Shown here: positions 11,498 to 22,423 of the stretch, one piece after another
Layout: every line of letters begins with the position of its first letter
How positions within the stretch are numbered: position 1 is the first letter of the stretch
Assembly (NCBI GenBank): GCA_036336835.1
Contig: JAYZFK010000082.1
Span: 6,951-70,950, forward strand
Length of the DNA: 64,000 nucleotides
Direction: 5' to 3'
Source of the DNA: Myxococcota bacterium
GTDB lineage: Bacteria > Myxococcota_A > UBA9160 > UBA4427
Notes under the pieces: model-generated
Seen by the model: only the letters and a program-made list of their open reading frames with translations
Databases searched by the model: none
Told to the model about the DNA's origin: nothing
Made by a program: the position numbers and the translations under genes

Positions 11498-12493
11498 TCA
11501 GATCGTGCGGGTGCGGAAGGCGGCCAGGAGCGCACGGGCGGCTGCCGCGGGGGAGATCTTCTGCTGCTCGACGTCGCGCTCGAGATCGGGAATGGCGGCC
11601 GCTACATCCGGGTCGTTGCGGAAGGCCGTCGCAACCGCCTCGTCGATCAGGTTCCACATCCAGGTGCGGTTCTGTTTCCGCCGGCGCCGCTCGAACTCGT
11701 CCGTCGCCCGCAGCCTGCTGCGATGGTCGAGCACGGCCTCCCAGACTTCGGAAACGCCGGTTCGTTCGAGAGCGCTCGCCACACGCGCGACCGGCTTCCA
11801 GGTCGAACTCGTCGAGCGAATCAAGCCGAGCGCGCTGGCGTACTCGGTCCGCGTTCGCTTGGCTGCCAGCGCCATCTCGCCATCGGCCTTGTTCACCACC
11901 AGCGCGTCGGCCAGCTCGAGTACGCCCTTCTTGATTCCCTGCAGCTCGTCGCCTCCGCCGGGTGCGAGCAGCAGCAGGAAGAAGTCGACCATCGAGGCCA
12001 CCGCCACCTCGCTCTGGCCGATGCCCACGGTCTCGATCAGCACGACGTCGTAGCCGGCCGCTTCGCACACGAGCATGCATTCGCGGGTCCGGTGTGCAAC
12101 ACCGCCGAGCGAGCCACCCGACGGGGAGGGCCGGACGAAGGCGCGATCGTCTCGTGCGAGCTCTTCCATCCGCGTCTTGTCACCGAGGATGCTCCCGCCC
12201 GACAGCGGGCTCGACGGATCGACGGCGAGTACCGCGACGCGGTGCCCGCCCTCGAGCAACTCGAGGCCCAGCACCTCGATGAAGCTGCTCTTGCCGACGC
12301 CGGGCGGACCGCTGATCCCGACCCGGATCGCGCCGCCCGTGTGGGGGACCAGCTCCTCGAGCACACGCTGCCCGAGGTCGGATTCGTCCCCGCGAGTACT
12401 CTCGATGCGGGTGATCAGCTGAGCGAGTGCCCGGCGGTCGCCCGTGCGGACGGCATCGCGCAGTTCCCCGATCCGATGGGTGGAGTCGCTCAC
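11498..12493 (-). CDS. meaB: Methylmalonyl-CoA mutase-associated G-protein chaperone (MeaB/ArgK)
   Basis: GISGPPGVGKSSFIE P-loop, LAVDPSSPLSGGSILGDKTRM, and NKAD. Confidence 0.9.
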   Translation of the reverse strand: MSDSTHRIGELRDAVRTGDRRALAQLITRIESTRGDESDLGQRVLEELVPHTGGAIRVGISGPPGVGKSSFIEVLGLELLEGGHRVAVLAVDPSSPLSGGSILGDKTRMEELARDDRAFVRPSPSGGSLGGVAHRTRECMLVCEAAGYDVVLIETVGIGQSEVAVASMVDFFLLLLAPGGGDELQGIKKGVLELADALVVNKADGEMALAAKRTRTEYASALGLIRSTSSTWKPVARVASALERTGVSEVWEAVLDHRSRLRATDEFERRRRKQNRTWMWNLIDEAVATAFRNDPDVAAAIPDLERDVEQQKISPAAAARALLAAFRTRTI

Positions 12494-12523
12494 CTGCCGG
12501 GTCTCCGCGAGTGGCCCGGCGGC

Positions 12524-14668
12524 TCAGGCCGCCGACCGCTCCCGCAACACCTCGAGCACCTTGCCCGCGGCCTGCGGAATCGGGGTGCCGGGTCCGAACA
12601 CGGCGGCAGCCCCCTGCTCGAGCAGGAACTCGTAGTCGGGCGGCGGGATCACTCCGCCCACGACCACCGCAACCCCGTCGGCTCCCTGCTTGCGGAGCTC
12701 CTCGATCAGCAGCGGAACGAGTGTCTTGTGACCCGCAGCCTGGCTCGACACACCAACCAGGTGGACGTCGTTGTCGATCGCCATGCGCGCCGCCTCCTCG
12801 GGGGTCTGGAACAGCGGGCCCACGTCGACGTCGAAGCCGATGTCGGCGAAGGCGGTCGCGATCACCTTCATGCCGCGGTCGTGCCCGTCCTGGCCAAGCT
12901 TGACGACGAGCATGCGTGGCTGGCGGCCCGCCTCCGCGGCGAAGCTCGCGACCTCCTTGCAGATATCCTCGAAATCCGTGTCGCCCTGGTAGGCGCTTCC
13001 GTAGACGCCGGTGACCGAGCGCACCTCGGCGCGATGGCGGGTGTACACCTGTTCCAGCGCCTCCGAGATCTCGCCGACGGTCGCGCGCAAACGCGCGGCC
13101 TCGATCGCGGTCGAGAGCAGGTTGCCCTCCCCCGTCTTCGCGAGCTCGGCCAGCCTAGCCAACGCCGCCGCTACCGCCGTCCCATCCCGGCTCGCGCGGA
13201 TCTCGCCGAGACGCGCGATCTGGGCATCGCGGACCGCGCTGTTGTCGATCTCGCGGATCTCGATCTCCGCCTGCTGATCGAGCCTGTACTTGTTGACGCC
13301 GACGATCACGTCGTCACCACTGTCGACGCGCGCCTGGCGCCGGGTGGCGGCCTCCTCGATGCGCAGCTTCGGGATCCCCTGGGTGATCGCTCGGGTCATG
13401 CCCCCGGCCTCCTCGACCTCGGCCAGCACCTTCTCGGCTTCGCGGTACACGCTCTCGGTCAGGCTCTCCATGAAATAGGAGCCACCCCACGGGTCGACCA
13501 CGTTGGCGATGCCAGACTCCTCTTGCAGGATCAGCTGGGTATTGCGCGCGACGCGAGCTGCCGTGTCGGTCGGCAGGCTCACCGCTTCGTCGAAGCCGTT
13601 GGTGTGCAGCGACTGGGTGCCGCCGAACACCGCCGCCAACGCCTCCACGGTGGTGCGCACGATGTTGTTCATCGGGTCCTGTTCGGTCAGGGACGCACCC
13701 GACGTCTGGCAGTGCGTACGCAGCATCATCGAGCGCGGGTCCTTCGCGCCGAGCGACTGCATGCGCTCGGCCCAGATGCGCCGCGCGGCCCGCATCTTGG
13801 CGATCTCGAGGTAGAAGTTCATGCCGATGCACCAGAAGAACGACAGCCGGCCGGCAAACTGGTCGATGCCGAGACCCTTGGAGATCGCGGCGCGCACATA
13901 CTCGAGGCCGTCGGCGATCGTGAAGGCGAGCTCCTGGACCGTCGTCGCGCCGGCCTCCTGCATGTGGTAGCCGCTGATCGAGATCGAGTTGAACTTCGGC
14001 ATCTCGTGCGCCGCGAACTCGATGATGTCGGCCACAATGCGCATGCTCGGCTCGGGCGGATAGATGTAGGTGTTGCGGACCATGAACTCCTTGAGGATGT
14101 CGTTCTGGATGGTCCCGGCGAGTTCTGCGTGCTCGACCCCCTGCTCCTCACCTGCCACGACGAAGCACGCGAGCACGGGCAGCACTGCACCGTTCATGGT
14201 CATCGACACCGTCACGTCCTGGAGCGGGATCCCGTCGAACAAGATCTTCATGTCCTCGACGGAGTCGATCGCGACGCCCGCCTTGCCGACGTCCCCGCGC
14301 ACCCGCGGATGGTCGCTGTCGTACCCGCGGTGGGTGGCGAGATCGAAGGCGATCGACAGTCCCTGCTGTCCCCCCGCGAGGTTCGCCTTGTAGAAGGCGT
14401 TCGATTCCTCGGCGGTCGAGAAGCCTGCGTACTGGCGCAGCGTCCACGGGCGGTTGGCGTACATTGTGGCGCGCGGCCCGCGGACGAACGGCCAGAGCCC
14501 AGGGGTCGTGTCCGCGTTCTCGAGCTGTTCGAGGTCGGCAGCCGTGTAGAGTGCCTTGATCTGGATGCCGTCCGGACTCGTCCAGGCGAGTTCGTCGGGC
14601 GCCTGGCCCCGCAGCTCCTTCGAGGCCAGCTGCTTCCATTTGTCGAGATCGGCGCGCGACGTTGCCAT
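12524..14668 (-). CDS. Methylmalonyl-CoA mutase, single-chain (catalytic barrel plus B12-binding domain)
   Basis: [14 protein letters not shown]...[17 protein letters not shown] core and a C-terminal DxHxxG motif (GQDGHDRG). The start is taken at [12 protein letters not shown]; 14689 is also possible. Confidence 0.92.
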   Translation of the reverse strand: MATSRADLDKWKQLASKELRGQAPDELAWTSPDGIQIKALYTAADLEQLENADTTPGLWPFVRGPRATMYANRPWTLRQYAGFSTAEESNAFYKANLAGGQQGLSIAFDLATHRGYDSDHPRVRGDVGKAGVAIDSVEDMKILFDGIPLQDVTVSMTMNGAVLPVLACFVVAGEEQGVEHAELAGTIQNDILKEFMVRNTYIYPPEPSMRIVADIIEFAAHEMPKFNSISISGYHMQEAGATTVQELAFTIADGLEYVRAAISKGLGIDQFAGRLSFFWCIGMNFYLEIAKMRAARRIWAERMQSLGAKDPRSMMLRTHCQTSGASLTEQDPMNNIVRTTVEALAAVFGGTQSLHTNGFDEAVSLPTDTAARVARNTQLILQEESGIANVVDPWGGSYFMESLTESVYREAEKVLAEVEEAGGMTRAITQGIPKLRIEEAATRRQARVDSGDDVIVGVNKYRLDQQAEIEIREIDNSAVRDAQIARLGEIRASRDGTAVAAALARLAELAKTGEGNLLSTAIEAARLRATVGEISEALEQVYTRHRAEVRSVTGVYGSAYQGDTDFEDICKEVASFAAEAGRQPRMLVVKLGQDGHDRGMKVIATAFADIGFDVDVGPLFQTPEEAARMAIDNDVHLVGVSSQAAGHKTLVPLLIEELRKQGADGVAVVVGGVIPPPDYEFLLEQGAAAVFGPGTPIPQAAGKVLEVLRERSAA

Positions 14669-14774
14669 GGCGGTTCTCCCGTTTGTCATCGGGGAATGTC
14701 GGGCGCAGCCGGCCTCGCCCGATCCGGCCGCTCCCGGGGCACGCCTCCAGGGCTGGCGGAGCGGTCGGCCCATT

Positions 14775-17700
14775 CTACATCGATCGGCGGTAGCGCCCCC
14801 CCACCTGGAACAGGGCGTCGCTGATCGCCCCCAGGCTCGCCACCTTCACCGTCTCCATCAGCTCCTCGAACACGTTGTCGTCAGTGAGCGCGACCCGACG
14901 CAGCCGCTCGAGCGCTTTGGGCGCCGCGGCTGCATTGCGCGCCTCGAACTCGCGCAGATGCGCGAGCTGGGCGTCCTTCTCGGCGTTGCTCGAGCGCATC
15001 AGCTCTCCGGGCCGAGCACTCGCGTCCTGCGCGTCCGGGTTCTCGAACATATTGACCCCCACGATCGGGAGGCTCCCGGAGTGCTTGAGCGACTCGTAGT
15101 GCAGGCTCTCCTGCTGGATCTTCGAGCGCTGGTACTGCGTCTCCATCGCTCCGAGCACACCGCCGCGCTCCGAGAGCCTCTCGAACTCTCGTAGCACCGC
15201 CTCCTCGACCCGGTCGGTCAGCTCGTCGATTGCGTAGGAGCCCTGGATCGCGTTCTCGCAGCTCGCAAGACCGAGCTCGCGCTGAATGATCAGCTGGATC
15301 GCCAGCGCCCGGCGAACCGACTCCTCGGTCGGTGTCGTCACGGCCTCGTCGTAGGCGTTGGTGTGCAGGCTGTTGCAGTTGTCCTGCAGGGCGGTCAGGG
15401 CCTGCAGTGTCGTCCGGATGTCATTGAACGCCATCTCCTGAGCGTGCAGCGAGCGGCCCGATGTCTGAATGTGATACTTGAGCTTCTGGCTGCGCTCGGA
15501 GGCGCCGTACTGCTCGCGCATCGCGATCGCCCAGATCCGCCGGGCGACGCGGCCAATCACGTTGTACTCGGCATCGAGCCCGTTGCTGAAGAAGAAGCTG
15601 AAGTTCGGAACGAAGGCGTCGATCTCCATCCCGCGCGAGCGGTAGTACTCGACGTAGGTAAAGCCATTGGCCAGCGTGAAGGCCAGCTGCGTGATCGGGT
15701 TCGCCCCGGCCTCGGCGATGTGGTAGCCGCTGATCGAGACCGAGTAGAAGTTGCGAACGTCGTTCTGGATGAACCAGGCCTGGATATCGCCCATCAACGC
15801 GAGCGAGAAGTCACACGAGAAGATGCAGGTGTTCTGGGCCTGATCCTCCTTCAGGATGTCCGCCTGCACGGTGCCGCGCACGCGCCGCAACACGTCGGCG
15901 CGAATGCGCGCGTAGCTCTCGGCGTCGACCGCCTCGTCGCCCCGGATCCCGAGCAGACCGAGACCGAGGCCGTCGTGGCCGGGAGGAAGCTCGTGGAGCC
16001 CGCCGCCGTAGACCGGCAGCTCCCGCCCGGCGGCGATCCGTGCGCGCACCGCCGCGAGATCGCCGCGCTCGCGAAGCTGGCGCTCGACCTGCTGGTCGAC
16101 CGCCGCATTCAGGTAGCAGGCGAGGATCGTCGGCGCCGGGCCGTTGATCGTCATCGAGACCGACGTGGACGGGTCGCACAGGTCGAAGCCCGAGTAGAGC
16201 TTCTTGGCGCAGTCGAGCGTGCAGACCGAGACGCCCGAGTTGCCGACCTTGCCGTAGATGTCTGGACGCTCGTCGGGGTTGCGGCCGTAGAGCGTCACGC
16301 TGTCGAACGCGGTCGAGAGGCGGGCCGCCGGCCGGTCGGCGGACAGGAAGTGGAAGCGACGGTTGGTGCGCTCCGGGCCGCCCTCGCCGGCGAACATACG
16401 GGCCGGCTCCTCGGCCTCCCGCTTGAACGGAAACACCCCCGCCGAAAACGGGAAGTGGCCAGGCAGGTTCTCCTGACGCAGGTAGCGGGTGAGCGTCCCC
16501 CAGTCCTCGGCGCGCGGAAGCGCGACGCGCGGCAGCGGGGTGCCCGACAGCGTCTCGACGTGGTTGCGCACGCGGATCGCTCGATCGCGCACCGAGTACT
16601 CCTGCTCGCCCCTCGCGTAGGCCTCCCGCTGCGCCGGCCAGCTGTCGAGCTGCTCGCGCAACGCCGGATCGAGTCGATCTCGCGCCGCGTCTCGCGCGGC
16701 GGCGAGGGCCCCAGATGAGTCCTCGCCCGCCAGCAGCGCGCTCGCGTGCTCGAGACTCGCGGCATCGACGGCGTGCGCCGCCAGCTCTTCGGTCCGCGCG
16801 CGATACGCGCGCACGGTCTCGGCAATCTCGGCCAGGTAGCGGCGCCGGGCGCCGGGAATCATGGGCCGCACGGACGGTTCGGCTGACTCGACTGATTCGA
16901 CGGCTCGCGGTACAGCGGCCCGCTGCGGTGCGCCCGCCGCGGGCTGCGCGAACCCTGCGCCACCGGCCGCCGCGACACGCTGGCGCAACTCCTCGTACAG
17001 GACGTCGGTTCCCGGGTCGCTCCAGTCCCGCGCCGTCGTCGGGTAGACGGGCAGCTCCTCGTCGGGCGCGTCGAACGCCGAGTGATTGCGACGCCACTGC
17101 TTGCGAACGTCACGCAAGGCGTCGAGCCCGCCCTGACGATCGAGCTTGTTGAGCACGACGAGGTCCGCCAGCTCGAGCATGTCGATCTTCTCGAGCTGCG
17201 ACGGCGCGCCGTATTCGGGCGTCATGACGTAGAGCGACAGATCGACCAGATCGACGATCTCGGAATCGCTCTGCCCGATGCCTGCTGTCTCGACGAAGAT
17301 CAGGTCGTAGCCGGCGGCGCGCAGCACGAGCACCGAATCCCGGACGGCGCGCGCAAGCGCGAGGTGCGCCTGCCGGGTGGCCAGCGAGCGCGCGTAGATT
17401 CGCGGTGCGTGGATCGCGTTCATACGGATACGATCTCCGAGTAATGCGCCTCCCGAGCGGCGCCGTGTCGGATCGACCAGCACGAGCCCGACACTGCACT
17501 CCGGGAAGTCGCCCCGGAAGCGGCGCACCAGCTCGTCGACGACGCTCGACTTGCCGGCACCGCCGGTGCCGGTGAAGCCGACGACCACCGAGTGGCCGTC
17601 GTCGCGCGCGGCCAGCTGCTCGCGCAGGGCCGCGATCTCCGCCTGCCCATCGCCCGCGCATGCGTCCTCCATCCAGCTGATCAGCCTTGCGACCGCGCCG

Positions 17701-18203
17701 GGATCCTCCGGAGAGGCGCGCTGGGGCTCGTCGCCGATACGCTCGACGGTCCGCCGATCGCACTCAGCGGTGATCACCTTGACCATGCCCTCGAGCCCGA
17801 GGGCACGGCCGTCCTCGGGAGTGAAGATCCGCGCCACGCCATAGGCCTGCAAGGCCTCGATCTCGTCGGGCAGGATCGTGCCCCCGCCGCCTCCGTAGAC
17901 GCGTACGTGGCCGGCGCCGCGCTCGCGCAGCCGGTCGATCATGTAGCGGAAGAACTCGTTGTGCCCGCCCTGGTAGGACGACACCGCGATCGCGTGCGCG
18001 TCCTCCTGGATCGCGGCCTCGACGATCTCGTCGACCGAGCGGTCGTGGCCCAGATGGATCACCTCCGCACCCTGGCTCTGCAGGATGCGCCGGATGATGT
18101 TGATCGCTGCGTCGTGCCCATCGAATAGCGACGCGGCGGTCACCACGCGCACGCGCCAGGACCGCGGATCTCGCGCCCCAGAATCGGAGGCCGCGCCGCT
18201 CAC
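14775..18203 (-). CDS. icmF: Fused isobutyryl-CoA mutase (B12 domain, MeaI-like GTPase, mutase barrel)
   Basis: N-terminal B12 domain ([16 protein letters not shown]), an internal G-domain ([18 protein letters not shown]) and a C-terminal mutase domain. GTG at 18203 overlaps the merR-like stop as GTGA. The upstream 147 aa of the track ORF are rejected. Confidence 0.9.
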   Translation of the reverse strand: MSGAASDSGARDPRSWRVRVVTAASLFDGHDAAINIIRRILQSQGAEVIHLGHDRSVDEIVEAAIQEDAHAIAVSSYQGGHNEFFRYMIDRLRERGAGHVRVYGGGGGTILPDEIEALQAYGVARIFTPEDGRALGLEGMVKVITAECDRRTVERIGDEPQRASPEDPGAVARLISWMEDACAGDGQAEIAALREQLAARDDGHSVVVGFTGTGGAGKSSVVDELVRRFRGDFPECSVGLVLVDPTRRRSGGALLGDRIRMNAIHAPRIYARSLATRQAHLALARAVRDSVLVLRAAGYDLIFVETAGIGQSDSEIVDLVDLSLYVMTPEYGAPSQLEKIDMLELADLVVLNKLDRQGGLDALRDVRKQWRRNHSAFDAPDEELPVYPTTARDWSDPGTDVLYEELRQRVAAAGGAGFAQPAAGAPQRAAVPRAVESVESAEPSVRPMIPGARRRYLAEIAETVRAYRARTEELAAHAVDAASLEHASALLAGEDSSGALAAARDAARDRLDPALREQLDSWPAQREAYARGEQEYSVRDRAIRVRNHVETLSGTPLPRVALPRAEDWGTLTRYLRQENLPGHFPFSAGVFPFKREAEEPARMFAGEGGPERTNRRFHFLSADRPAARLSTAFDSVTLYGRNPDERPDIYGKVGNSGVSVCTLDCAKKLYSGFDLCDPSTSVSMTINGPAPTILACYLNAAVDQQVERQLRERGDLAAVRARIAAGRELPVYGGGLHELPPGHDGLGLGLLGIRGDEAVDAESYARIRADVLRRVRGTVQADILKEDQAQNTCIFSCDFSLALMGDIQAWFIQNDVRNFYSVSISGYHIAEAGANPITQLAFTLANGFTYVEYYRSRGMEIDAFVPNFSFFFSNGLDAEYNVIGRVARRIWAIAMREQYGASERSQKLKYHIQTSGRSLHAQEMAFNDIRTTLQALTALQDNCNSLHTNAYDEAVTTPTEESVRRALAIQLIIQRELGLASCENAIQGSYAIDELTDRVEEAVLREFERLSERGGVLGAMETQYQRSKIQQESLHYESLKHSGSLPIVGVNMFENPDAQDASARPGELMRSSNAEKDAQLAHLREFEARNAAAAPKALERLRRVALTDDNVFEELMETVKVASLGAISDALFQVGGRYRRSM

Positions 18204-18616
18204 GAGCTTCGCCCCCGCGGCGCCCCAGCGAGCGATTCGCTGCGGCTCGCCACATGCTCTCGGTACTTGCTCATCTCGTCGCGCAGCTGCTGGAGCTCCG
18301 CGATGCGGGCATCGAGCTCGCCGAGCCGGTCGTCGAGCTGCCTGGCGAGCCGCTCCAGCATCGCCCGGGTCGAGCCGCCGATTGCATAGATCGCGTTGAG
18401 CTCTTTGATCTCCGCCAGCGAAAGCCCGAGCGCCTTCAGGCGGCCGATGAAGCGCAGGCGCTCGAGCTCGTCGGCCCCATAGACGCGTCGGCCGCCAGCG
18501 CGCCGACGCACGCCCGGCAGCAGGCCCAGCTCTTCGTAGTAGCGCACCGTACGCGCGGACAGTCCGGTCTGACGGCAGACCGCACCAATCTCCTCGGTGA
18601 TGTCTTCCCGGGCCAC
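18200..18616 (-). CDS. MerR-family transcriptional regulator
   Basis: The HTH IGAVCRQTGLSARTVRYYEELGLL is followed by a coiled-coil dimerisation helix. GTG start is preceded by GGGAGGA. There is no C-terminal B12- or metal-binding domain. Confidence 0.85.
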   Translation of the reverse strand: MAREDITEEIGAVCRQTGLSARTVRYYEELGLLPGVRRRAGGRRVYGADELERLRFIGRLKALGLSLAEIKELNAIYAIGGSTRAMLERLARQLDDRLGELDARIAELQQLRDEMSKYREHVASRSESLAGAPRGRSS

Positions 18617-18655
18617 ACGTTCCTCCCTGGATCGACCGACTCATCGGCTAGTTCG

Positions 18656-18673
18656 CCAGTTTACGTAAGCTGG
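18656..18673. promoter_or_regulatory. 18-bp near-perfect palindrome, candidate MerR operator
   Basis: CCAGTTTACGTAAGCTGG has 8 of 9 arm pairs and a TTACGTAA core. It lies about 40 nt upstream of the merR-like start, in the divergent intergenic region. Confidence 0.4.
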
Positions 18674-18804
18674 GATTCATCGCTACCCCGCGGGGATTGA
18701 GATTGATCCGTACTGGCGCCCCGAGCAACCCCAGCCACTTGCTGGCCGCTGCCAGGTGGCGGCGGTAGCCTGCACCGCCCCGTCCCCCGTCTGGCGCCCG
18801 ATTC

Positions 18805-19872
18805 ATGAAGATCCTCTACGTCGGCGATCTCGATCCCGCGGGCACCTGCAAGGCGCGGTGCGATGCGCTGCAGGTGCTCGAGCCCGATCTTCACGGGTTC
18901 GATATCGGCGATGCCTTCGCCTGGAGCGCGCGTCCCCGACTGCAGCGCCAGCTCGAAGAGCACCTGCGTGCCGGTCCGAATCAGCGCCGTGCCAATGCCG
19001 CGCTGATCGATCGTTGCGCGATGCTGCAGCCAGACCTGGTCTGGATCGACAACGGCGACTGGATCTCGTCGGGGACCCTGCGCACACTGCGTGGCCTCGG
19101 TTGCTTCCTGGTCCACCACATCACCGATTCGCTCTACACGCTCGACCGGCGCGTGCGCTGGCTCCGGCGCCTGCTGCGTAGCACCGCTGCGGACTACGAC
19201 GTCTTCTTCACGACCAACGTCGACGATTGCGAGCGACTCGCCAGCTCCGAACCGCCGAAGGCCCTGCTCACCGATCTGGGGCACGACCACCGGCGCTTCG
19301 AGCCGAGCCCGCTGTCGCCAGAGCTCGCCGCGCGCTGGAGCAGCGAGCTCATCTTCATCGGCCACTACGAGTCCGAGACCGAGGACCGCATCCTTGCACT
19401 GCTCGAGGCAGGCCTGCCGGTGCAGGTCTACGGAGACGTGCGCTGGTTCCGCTCGAGCCGGCGGGCGCTCCTGGGCGACAACCTGCACGAGCGGCTCTCG
19501 AGCGAGGACTACGTGTACGCGCTCAAGGGAACCAAGATCGGGCTCTGCTTCGTGTCGACCATGAACTACAACCAGACCGCCTCGCGCAGCTTCGAGATCA
19601 CTGGCTGCGGCAGCTTCCTGCTCGCGGTGCGAACGCCTCAGCACCTCGAGTGCTTCGAAGAGGGGCATGAGGCCGACTTCTTCGGCGATCACGCCGAGCT
19701 GGTCGAGAAGGCGCGCAAGTACCTCGAGCACGATGCGCTGCGCGAGCAGATTGCGCGGCGCGGCTACGAGCGCAGCGAGGCCTCGGGCTACTCGTGGGGG
19801 GCGTTGATGAAGCGCGACTGGCCGCGGGTGCTCGAGGTCTATCGTGCGCGTGCCGCAGCGTCTCAGCCGTAG
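18805..19872 (+). CDS. CgeB-like glycosyltransferase family protein
   Basis: 355 aa. The C-terminal half (LIFIGHYESETEDRI...NYNQTASRSFEITGCGSFLL...EHDALREQIARRGYER) resembles the CgeB / Glyco_trans_1_2 family as I recall it. Confidence 0.6.
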   Translation: MKILYVGDLDPAGTCKARCDALQVLEPDLHGFDIGDAFAWSARPRLQRQLEEHLRAGPNQRRANAALIDRCAMLQPDLVWIDNGDWISSGTLRTLRGLGCFLVHHITDSLYTLDRRVRWLRRLLRSTAADYDVFFTTNVDDCERLASSEPPKALLTDLGHDHRRFEPSPLSPELAARWSSELIFIGHYESETEDRILALLEAGLPVQVYGDVRWFRSSRRALLGDNLHERLSSEDYVYALKGTKIGLCFVSTMNYNQTASRSFEITGCGSFLLAVRTPQHLECFEEGHEADFFGDHAELVEKARKYLEHDALREQIARRGYERSEASGYSWGALMKRDWPRVLEVYRARAAASQP

Positions 19873-20753
19873 CCGAGATCCTCGATCCGCTCCTTGTCCT
19901 TGGCCCAGCGCGGGTCGACCTTGACCCACAGATCGAGATGAACCCGGGTGCCGAGCAGCGCCTCGATCGCGCGCCGCGCCCTCACGCCGATGCGCTTGAT
20001 CTGGCGACCGCCGCTGCCGATGACGATGCGCTTCTGCGAGTTGCGAACCACGAGCAGGTTGGCTCGAAGCTTCACCAGGTCGGCACGGCTCTCGTCGAAC
20101 TCGATCACTTCGACGGCCATGCCGTACGGGAGCTCCTGCTCGAGCTCCTCGAACAGCGCCTCGCGCACGAGCTCGGCGGCGAGCCAGCGCAGGGGACGAT
20201 CGGTGAGATCGTCTTCGGGATACAGCGGAGGCGACTCGGGCAGCTGGGCCACGATCGTCTCGAGCAGTGCGGGGATGCCGTCGCCGGTGCGCGCCGACAC
20301 GCTGTGATGGGCGAGCAGCTCGCCGGCCGCCGCCGGCGGCCAGGCGGGGTCCTCGAGAGCCTGGAGATCCAGCTTGTTGCCGACCAGGATCGCGGGGGTC
20401 TCCGCGTCGCACAGCGCTCGGATCAGCTCGTCGTGATCGGGTGTCCAGCCGCGCCCGAGATCCACGAGCACCAGTGCGAGCTCGCAGTTGCGAACCGTCT
20501 CTGCAACAGCCTCGTTGAGCACTGTGTTGAGTAGCTTTCCACCATGGTGCAGACCCGGCGTGTCGATGAACACGATTTGAGCGCCGGGCAGCGAGTGGAT
20601 CCCGAGGATGCGGCTGCGCGTGGTCTGTGGCTTCGCCGTCACGATCGCGAGCTTCTGGCCGAGCACCCTGTTGAGCAGCGTCGACTTTCCGGCGTTCGGC
20701 GGGCCGAGCAGCGCGACGATTCCCGCGCGGTGAGCGTGCTCCTCCGGGCTCAC
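19863..20753 (-). CDS. era: GTPase Era
   Basis: GPPNAGKSTLLN, TTR, DTPG and NKLD motifs, with a C-terminal KH domain. Confidence 0.95.
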   Translation of the reverse strand: MSPEEHAHRAGIVALLGPPNAGKSTLLNRVLGQKLAIVTAKPQTTRSRILGIHSLPGAQIVFIDTPGLHHGGKLLNTVLNEAVAETVRNCELALVLVDLGRGWTPDHDELIRALCDAETPAILVGNKLDLQALEDPAWPPAAAGELLAHHSVSARTGDGIPALLETIVAQLPESPPLYPEDDLTDRPLRWLAAELVREALFEELEQELPYGMAVEVIEFDESRADLVKLRANLLVVRNSQKRIVIGSGGRQIKRIGVRARRAIEALLGTRVHLDLWVKVDPRWAKDKERIEDLGYG

Positions 20754-20906
20754 GGGATTCCGGCTGGCTCGATGTCGAAGTTGTGGTTCACGAGTGCCAC
20801 AGGTAGCGCAGCCGAGCCGCAGCGCGGCGTGCGCAGCTCGAGGCGCACGCCCCCCGGGATCTCCACGGGTTGCAGCGCATCCAGCAAGCCGCTCGCGCTC
20901 ACCGAA

Positions 20907-21626
20907 TCACTCGCTCGCCGCGCGTCCCTCGATCTGCCGATAGGCCGAGGCCCACATCAGGTAGTTGATCGCGATGGCCGGGATGACACCCACGACGAGC
21001 GCCAGTACACCTGCGAGCACGACCACCGAGGTGACCAGGACCAGGACCGGGAACACCCACGCTTTCACCCTCCCCGTCGCAGACCAGGCCGCCTGCAGCG
21101 CCTCGATCCCGCCCATGTCCTGATCGACGATGTAGAAGAAGCACAGCGTGAGCCGCGGAGCCACGAAGAACGCAAATCCGAGGCTCAGCAGGGAGCCGAT
21201 CCCAGTCAGCAGCGCGCTCCCGATGTGGGTACCAACCATCTGGACCGACTGGAAAGCCAGGTTGATCAGCACGATCGCGACGATGGCGATGAGCACCGAT
21301 GCGAGCACTTCCGAGTAGCGCGAGAACCCGGCGAACAGATCGCCAAACTCGGCCTCCCCGTCGTACATGCGCAGCACGAACAGGTAGGAACCCCAGACCA
21401 GATGGGGCAGCAGCAGCGGAATGCCGAGCAGCGTGAACGCCGCGAGACTCGTGGCCGTCAGCCCGACGAACCCCACGCCGAGCCAGAGCGGAAAATTCTC
21501 CCAGGTCGCTGTCCAGGCTTCCGACAGACAGCGACCGACGTCGATATCGGCGCTTTCGGCACTCCGACCATACGCGGAGTCGGGGTGAAGGTCGGCAGAC
21601 GGCGGCACATACGGGTTCTCGTTCAT
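20907..21626 (-). CDS. Polytopic membrane protein of unknown function
   Basis: Starts MNENPYVPPSADL and has about 5-6 hydrophobic helices. It sits between rnc and era. The track ORF's first 59 aa overlap rnc and are rejected. Confidence 0.7.
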   Translation of the reverse strand: MNENPYVPPSADLHPDSAYGRSAESADIDVGRCLSEAWTATWENFPLWLGVGFVGLTATSLAAFTLLGIPLLLPHLVWGSYLFVLRMYDGEAEFGDLFAGFSRYSEVLASVLIAIVAIVLINLAFQSVQMVGTHIGSALLTGIGSLLSLGFAFFVAPRLTLCFFYIVDQDMGGIEALQAAWSATGRVKAWVFPVLVLVTSVVVLAGVLALVVGVIPAIAINYLMWASAYRQIEGRAASE

Positions 21627-21688
21627 CGGTCCCCGATAGGCGACGGGCTCGGACGCAACGTCCGGGGCATAGCGTATCACGCAACCGC

Positions 21689-22423
21689 CTAGCGAACCTC
21701 TTCGTCCTCTGGCAGCGTGGCGAGCATCGTTTCGGCGGCAAGGCGCTCGGCGGCCCGCTTCGAGCGACCGCTTCCACGGGCGCTCTGACCCGAAGCCAGC
21801 CAAACCTCGACGATGAACCGCTCGTCATCGCCCTCGATGTCCGAGTCGCTGACCAGCGAGTAGCGAGGGAGATCTCCCCAGCATGCGACGGCCAGCTCCT
21901 GCAGCTCGGTCTTCGGGTCGCGGCCGGTGCGCTCCGCGCCCGGTTGGAAGGAGTCCGGGAACGCCCTCTCGACGAGCTCGCCGATGACGTCGAGGCCCCC
22001 GTCGAGGAACATCGCGCCGATCACCGCCTCCATCGCATTGGCCAGGATCCGCTGCTTGACTGCACCTCCCGATCGAAGCTCGGTGCGCCCGAGCTCGATC
22101 ACCTCCGAAAGCGCCAGTCGTGTGGCGAGCCGGGCCAGAGCGTGCGTGTCCACCAGGCCGTGGAGCCCACGCGTCAGGTCGCCCTCCGCCCACTCGTCGT
22201 GGGCCGCGAACAGGCGATGTGCCACCGCCAGACCGACCACCGAGTCGCCGAGGAACTCGAGCCGCTCATTGCTCTCGAGAACGGCGTCCTCGTTGGCGCG
22301 CGAGGCGTGGCGAAGCGCCGTTGCGAGCAGCGAGCGGTCGCGAAAGTGATAGCCGAGACGCTCCTCGAAGCCGGCGAGATCTCGGGCGGGCGGCTCGCTC
22401 AAGAGGCGTTCCGCGCGAGCCAT
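21689..22423 (-). CDS. rnc: Ribonuclease III
   Basis: NERLEFLGDSVV signature and a C-terminal dsRBD. Confidence 0.93.
   Translation of the reverse strand: MARAERLLSEPPARDLAGFEERLGYHFRDRSLLATALRHASRANEDAVLESNERLEFLGDSVVGLAVAHRLFAAHDEWAEGDLTRGLHGLVDTHALARLATRLALSEVIELGRTELRSGGAVKQRILANAMEAVIGAMFLDGGLDVIGELVERAFPDSFQPGAERTGRDPKTELQELAVACWGDLPRYSLVSDSDIEGDDERFIVEVWLASGQSARGSGRSKRAAERLAAETMLATLPEDEEVR

Noticed and set aside
11723-14824. 1033-aa plus-strand ORF, the longest of many long ORFs lying antisense to clear genes. Others include 3031-4530, 6970-8511, 9170-10405, 15363-16718, 24757-26532, 25973-27727, 28717-29967, 30859-32097 and 49728-51317.
   Set aside because: These ORFs lie exactly opposite well-supported genes (the mutase, guaB, the VWA gene, ribBA and so on). 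They are Arg/Ala/Gly/Asp-rich low-complexity translations without motifs. They are expected artefacts of stop-codon depletion in very GC-rich DNA.
14775-18644. Taking the track ORF at face value would give a 1289-aa IcmF with a 147-aa N-terminal extension. The same problem affects 6715-8520, 8139-9590, 24640-26577, 26495-28084, 44514-45326 and 61745-63799.
   Set aside because: The extensions overlap the upstream gene in another frame, are Arg/Pro-rich, and end at internal starts with good RBSs. Homologous proteins begin at those internal starts. The ORF 26495-28084 in fact merges lysC with sequence overlapping tsaE, and 61745-63799 merges the REC-GAF gene with sequence overlapping the upstream kinase.
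18661-20412. 583-aa minus-strand ORF covering the CgeB-like gene and part of era.
   Set aside because: It is out of frame with era and antisense to a plus-strand ORF that has a recognisable glycosyltransferase-like C-terminal half. The composition is low complexity.
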